A stretch of DNA of 54,388 bases, taken from positions 1 to 54,388 of the forward strand of contig QNDR01000004.1 in NCBI GenBank assembly GCA_003646025.1, given 5' to 3'. This DNA is from Candidatus Fermentibacterota bacterium (GTDB taxonomy: Bacteria > Fermentibacterota > Fermentibacteria > Fermentibacterales > JCC-6). The notes beneath the pieces were generated by a model. It was not told the DNA's origin. It saw only the letters and a list, made by a program, of their open reading frames with translations, and did not search any database. Positions 39,044 to 47,442 of the stretch are shown piece by piece (within the stretch, counting starts at the first letter, position 1; every line of letters begins with the position of its first letter). Position numbers and translations under genes: made by a program.

Positions 39044-40083
39044 TGAAACTGCTGTTCTATGTTTCAAAACTCTACTCCCTTCCAGTTGTGCTTCCTCTGG
39101 TGGAAGAGGCAAAGCACACAGATGCGGAAATCGCATTTTTCGTCAGTTCAAAAGTAAAGAAAAAACTTCCGGATGAAATATCAGACCTGCAGGTGTTTAC
39201 AGACTTGAACAGTGCAGCCGATTTCAACCCTGAGTTTGTTCTGTGTCCCGGAAACTTTGTGGATTTCCGCCTGCCGGGGATAAAGGTGGAGCTGTTCCAC
39301 GGAATCGGTGTGGAAAAGCCTTCACACTACAGGATAAGGCACTTCTTCGATATGTACCTTACATCGGGGCCGGTTGTAACAAGACGGTTTACACAGATGC
39401 AGAACAGGTACAGATACTTCAGAACAGTGGAAACCGGGTGGTCCAAGATAGACCACATACTGAAATACAATACGGAGAATCTCAGAGAAAGGTTCGAGAT
39501 CCCTGCTGACAGGAAGGTTATCCTTTATGCCCCCACGCACAGCAGAACCATGCAGTCTGCAACAATGCTTCTCCCGGAGATTGAAAAAACGATGAAGCCG
39601 GATGAGATCTGGCTGTGCAAGCCACACGAATTCATGGACAGATCTCTTGTACACGGAATTACAGACAAACAGCACTTTCGCCTTATTACCGATTACGACA
39701 TTACGCCGTATCTTCACCTGGCGGATGTGATGGTTTCAGATACATCTTCCGTGATCTACGAGTTTATGGTTCTGGACAAACCGGTTGTAACCTTCAGAAC
39801 ACTCGCGAGAAAAGACAAGGGTATTAACATACACAAGCCCCTGGAACTCAGAGCTGCACTGGACAGATCATTCCTGAATCCAGGAGAGTTTTCAAACAAT
39901 CGGAAGCGTCATCTTGAACAGGTAAATCCCAGGCTGGACGGAAACATATCAAAGGGTATTCTTGACCTTCTGGCCACAATAGACCCTGAAGAACCTGTGG
40001 GAACAAGGCGGAAACCTCTGAATCTGTTCCGTAAAATGCAGATTCTGTACCACAGCCGTTTCCGAAAGGGATACATGCGTTAA
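39043..40083 (+). CDS. CDP-glycerol glycerophosphotransferase (TagB/TagF family)
   Basis: LFHG, TGWSKID, LYAPT, KPH, ADVMVSDTSSVIYEF..LDKP. Confidence 0.85.
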   Translation: MKLLFYVSKLYSLPVVLPLVEEAKHTDAEIAFFVSSKVKKKLPDEISDLQVFTDLNSAADFNPEFVLCPGNFVDFRLPGIKVELFHGIGVEKPSHYRIRHFFDMYLTSGPVVTRRFTQMQNRYRYFRTVETGWSKIDHILKYNTENLRERFEIPADRKVILYAPTHSRTMQSATMLLPEIEKTMKPDEIWLCKPHEFMDRSLVHGITDKQHFRLITDYDITPYLHLADVMVSDTSSVIYEFMVLDKPVVTFRTLARKDKGINIHKPLELRAALDRSFLNPGEFSNNRKRHLEQVNPRLDGNISKGILDLLATIDPEEPVGTRRKPLNLFRKMQILYHSRFRKGYMR

Positions 40084-40200
40084 ACACTTGCAATATGAGT
40101 AGGAACAAACGATCGTTGCTGCTGCTATTACCTCAAGTGTTATCCAGGTCTGCCCCACAGAAGAATAACAGTGGATTCAAACAGCCCGGCTGGAGGAGAG

Positions 40201-40737
40201 ATGAAGAGAGCGTCAGCAGAGATATTAACAATGCTGATACCAGTGTTCCTGATACTGACCGCCTGCGGTAATGACACTACAGGGATAACACCTCCGGTTC
40301 TTCCGCATGACCCTGTGAACGAAGGCTGGAAAGCCATCGACAACTACGAGTACGCCTACAACACTATGGACACTGATCTTCTTGCAGTTACTCTGGACAA
40401 TGGATTTCTGCACCATCTGCTGGAGGAGAACTGGGATGACTACAACGGAGACGGAGTAATTGACAGCACCTGGGGCTACAACCTGGAACTCACATTTGCA
40501 GAGGGGTACTTCTCCGCATACGACTGCTGTGAGTTTACTCTCACAGGAGAGGATCAGTACACCTGGCCCGAGGATCCATCAGGGGAATCAATTGCATATC
40601 CCAGAAGTTATCTGATGCGATTCTACAAAATCAATCCATCAGGGCAAACGGGTTTTACAGAGACAGGAGAATTCATCCTTGTCTGCAAACCGGACAGCTC
40701 CGGGAACCGGCACCTTACACACCTGATCGATCTGTAG
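40201..40737 (+). CDS. Hypothetical lipoprotein with Dx[DN]xDG Ca-binding-like loop
   Basis: SD GGAGGAG before ATG 40201; lipobox LTAC; DYNGDGVID. Confidence 0.7.
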   Translation: MKRASAEILTMLIPVFLILTACGNDTTGITPPVLPHDPVNEGWKAIDNYEYAYNTMDTDLLAVTLDNGFLHHLLEENWDDYNGDGVIDSTWGYNLELTFAEGYFSAYDCCEFTLTGEDQYTWPEDPSGESIAYPRSYLMRFYKINPSGQTGFTETGEFILVCKPDSSGNRHLTHLIDL

Positions 40738-40783
40738 TGCAGAGCGTTATTTGCGTGCAGTGACATTGTCAGTGCGTTAAATC

Positions 40784-41836
40784 TCAGATGTGTCCGGACT
40801 CCATAAGTCTCTCAAATTCCCTGAAAACCATTTCAGGTGTAACACCAAAGCCACCGTCTGTATACTCATCAAGATCACTGTTGATAAGATAGGTATGCTG
40901 CGGCATGTGCCACGCAACCCATTTCAGAGGGCTGGTTCCCGGGCCGAATACAGTTACGGTAGGTGTTCCCACTGCAACGGCAAGGTGGTGAATGCCTCCA
41001 TTGTTTCCAAAGTAGATTCTGGCGTGTTTCAGCATTGCTGCTGCTTCGTTGAAAGTTGTGGGAGGTGCCACCAGCGGCATGTTCTTCATCAGGGAGGCCA
41101 TGTGTTCAACCTTTTTCTTTTCTCCAGGTCCCCAGAGCAGAACGACATTGAATCCATACTTTTCCGTCACCATGTCTGCAACTTCTGCAAAACGCCTGAA
41201 ATCCCACTGTCTTTTTCTGATAGGTGTTACCGGAGAGAACACTGCAATACTTTTGTTCAGTATTCCCATTTGCTTCAGCCAGTTTCGTACTTTGTTTTCG
41301 GACTCCGAAAGCACATGGATGTATGTATTGTGTGGAATTTCCTGTATTCCAAGAGGACGCAGCAGCCCGAACTTTGCTCTGGCTGAATAGATATTGTGGT
41401 TTTTTAACTCACGGTAGTTGTAAACCCAGTTGTGCCCTTTGAACCAGCTCCATTTCTTTGTTTTGTGCCAGCCAATGCGGTATTGGGCCCCGCTGAACAG
41501 GGTGATCTCGGCAGCACCCGGGCCGCGGGCCTGGTCTATTACAACATCGTAGTTCTCCCTGCGAATTCTTGAAATCAGATGGAGTCTGTCAGCTGCATAT
41601 GCCAGTGTTCCGGTTTTGAGCTTGTTCATCACGATAATGTTGTCAATACAGGCATTGTTCTCAAGGATGGTTGTATAGGGTTTCTGAACCAGGTAGTCTA
41701 TCGTGGCTTCTGGAAACGCCGCCCTGAGTGCAGGCAGGTACCCTGTGTTAAGAAGAACATCCCCGAACGGTTTGTACTGAATGATCAGAATCTTGTTTAT
41801 CTTAAGCAGTTTGTCTTGAGTAATGAGCTTGCTCAC
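40784..41836 (-). CDS. Glycosyltransferase family 9 (heptosyltransferase-like)
   Basis: KILII..KPFGDVLL, RQW, LLWGPGE, GNNGGIHHLAVAVGTPTVTVFGP. Confidence 0.9.
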   Translation of the reverse strand: MSKLITQDKLLKINKILIIQYKPFGDVLLNTGYLPALRAAFPEATIDYLVQKPYTTILENNACIDNIIVMNKLKTGTLAYAADRLHLISRIRRENYDVVIDQARGPGAAEITLFSGAQYRIGWHKTKKWSWFKGHNWVYNYRELKNHNIYSARAKFGLLRPLGIQEIPHNTYIHVLSESENKVRNWLKQMGILNKSIAVFSPVTPIRKRQWDFRRFAEVADMVTEKYGFNVVLLWGPGEKKKVEHMASLMKNMPLVAPPTTFNEAAAMLKHARIYFGNNGGIHHLAVAVGTPTVTVFGPGTSPLKWVAWHMPQHTYLINSDLDEYTDGGFGVTPEMVFREFERLMESGHI

Positions 41837-42228
41837 TTGAGCTTCTGCCTGTAATCCGTGTACTGCTTCTCTTCCACAACACGGGAATTGTACCGGGTGT
41901 TGATCTGCTTTTTCAGTGCAGCCCGTCTGTCGTTGTCGAAGTACACATTCCTGGCATGTGTTATAAACTCAGCATCAAACCGCTTCTCTGCTTCAAGTTT
42001 CCGTATTCTGTCTTCTGTTTCCCAGATGCAGAGATTTATCTTCTTCAATTCCAGAAAAATATCCGAGTGATTTGACAGATCAAGCAGTTTCATGCTTTCA
42101 AGCAGAAGGTTGTATTCTATTTTTACATTGGCCAGTTTTTCAGGATTCAGTATTTTCTCGAGTTTTATCTCCAGGATGGAAACTTTGTCCACCAGTTCTC
42201 CCACGGAAACCTCTATTTTCATCTGCAT
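41833..42228 (-). CDS. DUF6165 family protein
   Basis: IEVSVGELVDKVSILEIK, IWETED.IR, ARNVY..ND.RA..K..IN, EEK.Y. Confidence 0.75.
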   Translation of the reverse strand: MQMKIEVSVGELVDKVSILEIKLEKILNPEKLANVKIEYNLLLESMKLLDLSNHSDIFLELKKINLCIWETEDRIRKLEAEKRFDAEFITHARNVYFDNDRRAALKKQINTRYNSRVVEEKQYTDYRQKLK

Positions 42229-42303
42229 ATCTCCAAAGCGAACTGTGATAATAACGTATTTTCAGCAGACAAATATAACACAGAGCCATACACGCTGCTT
42301 TTC

Positions 42304-42332
42304 TTGCAAAAACACAGACCGATAGTTATAAT
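42304..42332 (+). promoter_or_regulatory. Putative sigma70 promoter for the cytidylyltransferase-TagF x3 operon
   Basis: TTGCAA-17 bp-TATAAT (consensus -10). Confidence 0.65.
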
Positions 42333-42401
42333 CCGCGTTAAGCATCATGTCACTATGTTTCGTAACATTATTATATACAATAAGATACACGGGAGCATCT
42401 G

Positions 42402-43160
42402 ATGAAGGCAGTCATTATCGCGGCAGGATCAGGTTCCCGGCTTGAGTCGCGGCACAATGGTATTCCAAAGACACTTCTGAAAATCGGGGGAAACAGAATA
42501 ATTGATATCATTCTTAACTCCATACAACAGTCCGGAATAACGGATGTGGTTGTGGTTACAGGTTACAAAGCAGAGGTTCTTGAAGATTACCTGACATCTT
42601 CAGGTCCGGAATCCGTCAGTATTCAGTTCTGTCGCAATCCGCAGTGGAATCTTTCCAACGGTGTATCGGTTCTAACTGCTGAACAGGCTGTTGAGCCGGA
42701 CGAAGAGTTTATTCTTTTAATGAGCGATCACATCTTCGAGCCTGAGATGCTGAGAATAACGGCGAACACACCTCTGGAACACAACCAGGCGGTTCTTGCA
42801 ATCGACTTTAAACTAAGCGGAATTCCAGACATCGATGACGGGATGAAGGTGAAGTGTGAAAGAGTTGATTCCGGCAGATACAGGATAACCGGTCTGGACA
42901 AAAAATTCACCGACTATCAGGCAATTGACTGCGGGATGTTTAAACTCAACCAAAGCTTTTTCAGTGTTCTGAGGCAATCCATACAGGATGGAAGAGATTC
43001 CCTCTCTGATGCCTGTAACGTGTATGCCGGGCTGGGGAACATGACCGGTATTGATATAGGTGGCCTGCAGTGGATCGATCTGGATACACCTGAGATGTTC
43101 GGGTTTAGCGATCTTATAGACAGAATTACCGCCCACATGAGAGGCGGCGGTATCCTGTGA
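42402..43160 (+). CDS. Nucleotidyltransferase, LicC/IPCT-like (choline-, inositol- or phosphonate-phosphate cytidylyltransferase family)
   Basis: AVIIAAGSGSRL, PKTLL, VVTGY, NGVS, LLMSDH, IDCG, WIDLDTPE. Confidence 0.8.
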   Translation: MKAVIIAAGSGSRLESRHNGIPKTLLKIGGNRIIDIILNSIQQSGITDVVVVTGYKAEVLEDYLTSSGPESVSIQFCRNPQWNLSNGVSVLTAEQAVEPDEEFILLMSDHIFEPEMLRITANTPLEHNQAVLAIDFKLSGIPDIDDGMKVKCERVDSGRYRITGLDKKFTDYQAIDCGMFKLNQSFFSVLRQSIQDGRDSLSDACNVYAGLGNMTGIDIGGLQWIDLDTPEMFGFSDLIDRITAHMRGGGIL

Positions 43161-44218
43161 ACACCTACTATTTTGCAAATCAAATTTACCAGTTGTCTTA
43201 TGCGTGGCCGCTTTACAACCGTATAGGCGGGGAGTTCATCGTAAGGAAGTACAAAACACTTCTCAAGTTCAAGAGATTTCTTAGAGGCAGTGTTACAGAT
43301 GGCAGTGGCACATTCATGGGAACTCCGGTGGTTAAGCGAAGAAAACTGAGATATGTATCCGATTTAACAGGTGTTATTCTTTCCCAGTCAAACGCAAGGG
43401 TACGGAATGACAGGGAGAAATCAAGAAGCATCTTCATCGGCCACGGAACAGGTGACAAAAAGTATGGGGGAAAGGCACATATTCTTCTTAACTACCAGTA
43501 TGTTTTTGTTTCCGGACCCAAGCACATGGAAAAGTTCAAAGACAGCGATCTTAGTTTTCCGGAAAACAGCCTTGTGAAGATAGGTAATCTAAGGTTTGAC
43601 GACTATGTAAACGGTAAACTGGACAGAAACGCAATCATGAACAGGATGGGAGTTCCTGAAGCTGACAGAGGCAGAAAAACCGTTCTGTACGCACCTACAT
43701 GGGAATGGGGCAACGGAACACTGGGTAAGTATGCAAAACTGTTTATGAAAGAGATAACCGCAGAACACAACCTCATTATCAGACCGCATCATTTCGACTC
43801 CCACAGGGTGCCCGGGCTCAAGCTGTGGGCGAGACTCAATGGAATAAAGCGTGTTTATTTTTCTAATTCCAACAGGATCGCAGCCAGCGATACAATGCAC
43901 GATTTCGCGGTTTCGGATATCCTGATCAGCGATACCTCTTCTGTGCTGTATGAGTATCTCATCACAGGAAAGCCGATAGTTGTAGCAGACACGGATTTCA
44001 GCGGTCTGCACAGCATGCCGGACACAATGAATGTAATGAAGATCGCAGCTTTTTTTCACGGTTCGGAAAAAATTCTGGATGTTGTAAACGGGAACCTGTC
44101 GATAGACAATTCGAAATATTTTGAAATGCTTCACAACTGTTTTTACTTCAACGACGGAAAGTCTGTAGACCGTGCGGTGGAATTTATCAACGGTGTGGCT
44201 GGTGAGCTGAAACAGTGA
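43157..44218 (+). CDS. CDP-glycerol glycerophosphotransferase (TagB/TagF family)
   Basis: IGHG, IGNLRFD, LYAPTW, RPH, SDILISDTSSVLYEY. Confidence 0.82.
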   Translation: MNTYYFANQIYQLSYAWPLYNRIGGEFIVRKYKTLLKFKRFLRGSVTDGSGTFMGTPVVKRRKLRYVSDLTGVILSQSNARVRNDREKSRSIFIGHGTGDKKYGGKAHILLNYQYVFVSGPKHMEKFKDSDLSFPENSLVKIGNLRFDDYVNGKLDRNAIMNRMGVPEADRGRKTVLYAPTWEWGNGTLGKYAKLFMKEITAEHNLIIRPHHFDSHRVPGLKLWARLNGIKRVYFSNSNRIAASDTMHDFAVSDILISDTSSVLYEYLITGKPIVVADTDFSGLHSMPDTMNVMKIAAFFHGSEKILDVVNGNLSIDNSKYFEMLHNCFYFNDGKSVDRAVEFINGVAGELKQ

Positions 44219-45306
44219 AGAAGATTCTTTTTGATCTGAAAAAACAGTACTATTTCAATTCACTTTATCCCCTGTACAAAGTTATGAAGCAGGATCCCCG
44301 GTACGACCTGTGGATCAGATCGGGGAAAGACCAGCACCGGTTTCTCGGTGTATTTATGATCTCAAACAGAGGGAAAATTCAGAGTGAACTCCGCTCCAGA
44401 GGTTTTCAGGTAACAGACAGAACCTCCGGGTTTGACGGAGTCGTCTGCGGAGATGCATTGAAGAAACCTGAAAAGTACGGAGATGTTCCAAAGTTTCACC
44501 TTGACCACGGAGTGGGAATAAAGACACTTCGCATCAGGAACATTGTCAGACAGAAAAACGCAAGGTATCATGTGTTTCTCGAAGGGCAGTACTGGTACGA
44601 CTACATAAAGAGCCTGGGATATGAAAACACCGCCGAATTTCATGTTACAGGTCTTCCGAAACTGGATCCGTTTTTTCAACCGGGTCACTTCGACAATCCA
44701 TCGCTGGTAAGCAGGCTGGGGCTTGATCCGGGTAAAAAAACTGTACTGTTCGCACCTTCGTACAAACCCAGCTGTATTGATCACATAGGAGACAGTATTC
44801 TGGAACTGCTGCCGCAGTACAACCTGGTAGTCAAGCTTCATCCCTATTCCTGGGGTGGAAAGTATGCTCCCCATTCCCAGCACCGACTGTATCAGGAACT
44901 GGCCGGAAACCACAGAGAGATGTTTCTTGTCCCTGCTGATGAATACGATGTCTATCCCTATCTGTTTCTTGCAGATACACTTATAAGCGACACTTCCAGT
45001 GTTGTAAACGAATTTCTTGCTCTGGGAAAGCATGGTATTATCTACCAGCTGCCTAAGAGTAACCCCAGGCATTCAGACGGCATGCCGGTTCTTTCAATAG
45101 ACCCTGAAGACTGGCTCAAAGGTGCTTTCCCGCACATTTCCAGGCCGGATCAGCTGCAATCCGCAGTAGAGTTGGCGCTGTCTCCTTCTTCGGGGATGAA
45201 GCAGAAGATGGAGGAATACAGGAACTACTTTTTTACAGAACTCGATGGGAAGGCTTCCGAAAGGGTAAAACACTGCATAGATTCTGTTCTGCTGGGGGAT
45301 AAATAG
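44215..45306 (+). CDS. CDP-glycerol glycerophosphotransferase (TagB/TagF family)
   Basis: DHG, TGLPKLD, LFAPSY, KLHP, ADTLISDTSSVVNEF, DGKASER. Confidence 0.85.
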   Translation: MKKILFDLKKQYYFNSLYPLYKVMKQDPRYDLWIRSGKDQHRFLGVFMISNRGKIQSELRSRGFQVTDRTSGFDGVVCGDALKKPEKYGDVPKFHLDHGVGIKTLRIRNIVRQKNARYHVFLEGQYWYDYIKSLGYENTAEFHVTGLPKLDPFFQPGHFDNPSLVSRLGLDPGKKTVLFAPSYKPSCIDHIGDSILELLPQYNLVVKLHPYSWGGKYAPHSQHRLYQELAGNHREMFLVPADEYDVYPYLFLADTLISDTSSVVNEFLALGKHGIIYQLPKSNPRHSDGMPVLSIDPEDWLKGAFPHISRPDQLQSAVELALSPSSGMKQKMEEYRNYFFTELDGKASERVKHCIDSVLLGDK

Positions 45307-45307
45307 C

Positions 45308-46474
45308 ATGCCGGGGAACTACAGAATTGCCTACTGGCTCAGGACGGACATTCAGCACTTCGCCCATGTTCAGCACATCTATGAGAGCCTTGGGGGAGTG
45401 ATACTGACAAAAAACCCTGATATATACAGCCATCTCAGAGACAGACATCCTGAACTGAATGATGACCTGGTTCTGGTAAAAAACTCAACTGAAGCAAAGA
45501 AACTGATGAACCGTCTGGACACAAAGATAGTTGTATACACAGGATTTCAGCTGATATTCTGGGGGTATTCCATTCAGGTGTTTCACGGTGCTTCTGATAA
45601 ACACTACCTGCTGAACCACAAAAGAATTCTGCTGTACGATCTTCTGCTTCTCCCGGGGAAGAAGCACATGGAGAAAATAGCAGGTGCCTACAGGCTTAAG
45701 CATCCGGAGAGGTTTAAGGTTGTGGGTTATCCAAAGTTTGACAAACTGGTAAGCGGTATTATTTCAAAAAAGCCACTTTTCAGTAATGGAAGACCCACGA
45801 TCCTGTACGCTCCTACCTGGATAACACAGGGTTCCGGTTCAAGGCTGAAGTTTTCAGAGCATGGTGAGAGCTCACTGCCGCTGTGGGGAACAAAGCTGAT
45901 AAAGAGTATCTCACCCCGCTGGAACCTTATTATAAAATACCACTCTCGTATCTATGAAAGCCACGGAGACATCTACGACAGTATCGACAGATGCATTGCA
46001 GATCTGAAAGCTGAAGACCATGTTAAAGTTGTAATAGATTCCAACATAACAGAGTACATGAATCAGGCTGATCTGATGATCTCCGATATATCCGCAGTGT
46101 GCTACGAGTGGTTTCATACAGGCAGACCAATTGTGTTTGCAAATCCTTCTCCTGAACACTACAGACCTTCAGACGATCAGCTTTCAAACACCTATTCGTG
46201 GCAGGCGGGAGATGTCCTTTATGCAGAGGAAGATATTGTCCCGGTCATACAGCGAAACCTTGCTTCTGATAACCACGCCGATATTCGGAAAAAACTGCTT
46301 GAACACTCCTTCTACAAGCCTGATGGTCACGCAGGAGAGAGGCAGCTGGCGGAGATCGTAAAACTCTATGAAAAAGTTGAAAACATCAGCAAGCTGCGAA
46401 TGGTGCTGCACAACATAGGTGTGTTTCTGAAAGACGCCCTGTGCCACTCGGAGGAAAAAGGGAACAGGTCCTGA
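45308..46474 (+). CDS. CDP-glycerol glycerophosphotransferase (TagB/TagF family)
   Basis: VFHGASDK, VGYPKFD, LYAPTW, KYH, ADLMISDISAV. Confidence 0.85.
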   Translation: MPGNYRIAYWLRTDIQHFAHVQHIYESLGGVILTKNPDIYSHLRDRHPELNDDLVLVKNSTEAKKLMNRLDTKIVVYTGFQLIFWGYSIQVFHGASDKHYLLNHKRILLYDLLLLPGKKHMEKIAGAYRLKHPERFKVVGYPKFDKLVSGIISKKPLFSNGRPTILYAPTWITQGSGSRLKFSEHGESSLPLWGTKLIKSISPRWNLIIKYHSRIYESHGDIYDSIDRCIADLKAEDHVKVVIDSNITEYMNQADLMISDISAVCYEWFHTGRPIVFANPSPEHYRPSDDQLSNTYSWQAGDVLYAEEDIVPVIQRNLASDNHADIRKKLLEHSFYKPDGHAGERQLAEIVKLYEKVENISKLRMVLHNIGVFLKDALCHSEEKGNRS

Positions 46475-46477
46475 CTG

Positions 46478-47350
46478 CTACTTCCGCCATCTGTTGTGAA
46501 ACCAGACCCATTGCTCGGGAGCGCTTAGAATCCAGCTGCTGATTCTGTTGTTGAGCTGTTCCAGTATATCAGAAACAGAATCTTTTTCGTCGAAGAAAAG
46601 TGGTTTGTCGATTTCAAGAATATATCTGTGATTTTTCCTTCGTGTTATATGCAGCGTAACTACAGGAACTTTTAACCTCTTAGCAAGGATTGCCGGTGAA
46701 ACAGGGGTAGGTGCCTGGCGGCCAAGAAAATCACAAAGTTCACTGTCTACTCCTCTGGTGCTCTGATCGATAAGTATTCCCAGTACGTGACCGCTGCGAA
46801 GCAGACGCACGATGGGGGAAGCACCTGCATCTCTGTCCACCGTCTGTATCCCCGGTTTCTGCCTCAGTTTGTCAAGAACACAAGAGGCATTCTTCTGTGA
46901 TAGGGATCTTCCAACAACAGCGGTTTCAAACCCCAGCAGTTTTACCGCTCTTGGAAGAAGTTCCCACGCACTGAAGTGAGCAGTTACCGCAATAACTCCG
47001 GTTCCCCGGGACACTGCCTCAGCCATGTTTTCTGCACCACTGACCTCAACAAGTTTTCTGTAAGCCGAATCGCTTCTGTAAGACAGATAGAAGAAGTCAA
47101 AGAAGCTCGTCAGAACACTTGAGTATATGCCGGCAGCTTTGGTCACTATGCCGTTGTCCTTCATAACACCTTGGATGTGTTTTTCAATTATCCTGTTGGA
47201 GGGCAGGGGAAGACGGGAGAGTAACCACCCCAGAACACAGGCGTTTATGCGTGAAAGCCATCTCGGTGTGACTGCGGCCGCAAGTATCACCAGCCTGAAG
47301 GCCGGAAAGGTAAGGGTATGCCGAAGAGTCTTGAAGGGTAGTCTTTTCAT
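46478..47350 (-). CDS. Lipid A late acyltransferase (LpxL/HtrB family)
   Basis: TAHFSAWE catalytic motif, LIDQ, PEQWVWFHNRW. Start reassigned to ATG 47350. Confidence 0.88.
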   Translation of the reverse strand: MKRLPFKTLRHTLTFPAFRLVILAAAVTPRWLSRINACVLGWLLSRLPLPSNRIIEKHIQGVMKDNGIVTKAAGIYSSVLTSFFDFFYLSYRSDSAYRKLVEVSGAENMAEAVSRGTGVIAVTAHFSAWELLPRAVKLLGFETAVVGRSLSQKNASCVLDKLRQKPGIQTVDRDAGASPIVRLLRSGHVLGILIDQSTRGVDSELCDFLGRQAPTPVSPAILAKRLKVPVVTLHITRRKNHRYILEIDKPLFFDEKDSVSDILEQLNNRISSWILSAPEQWVWFHNRWRK

Positions 47351-47359
47351 AGTTGGTGA

Positions 47360-47389
47360 AGAATACGAGGTTTTGAGGTGAACTGTCAA
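47360..47389 (-). promoter_or_regulatory. Putative sigma70 promoter of the lpxL-like gene
   Basis: Minus strand TTGACA-18 bp-TATTCT, ending 9 nt before the ATG. Confidence 0.55.
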
Positions 47390-47442
47390 GAAAGACCGGC
47401 TTCTGATTATATTCCGCAGTCACATTGGCGGAAGGAACACAC

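Noticed and set aside
40757-40775. Imperfect palindrome GCAGTGACA-T-TGTCAGTGC between convergent genes
   Set aside because: The loop is too small for a good hairpin and there is no U-tract, so it cannot be called a terminator or operator.
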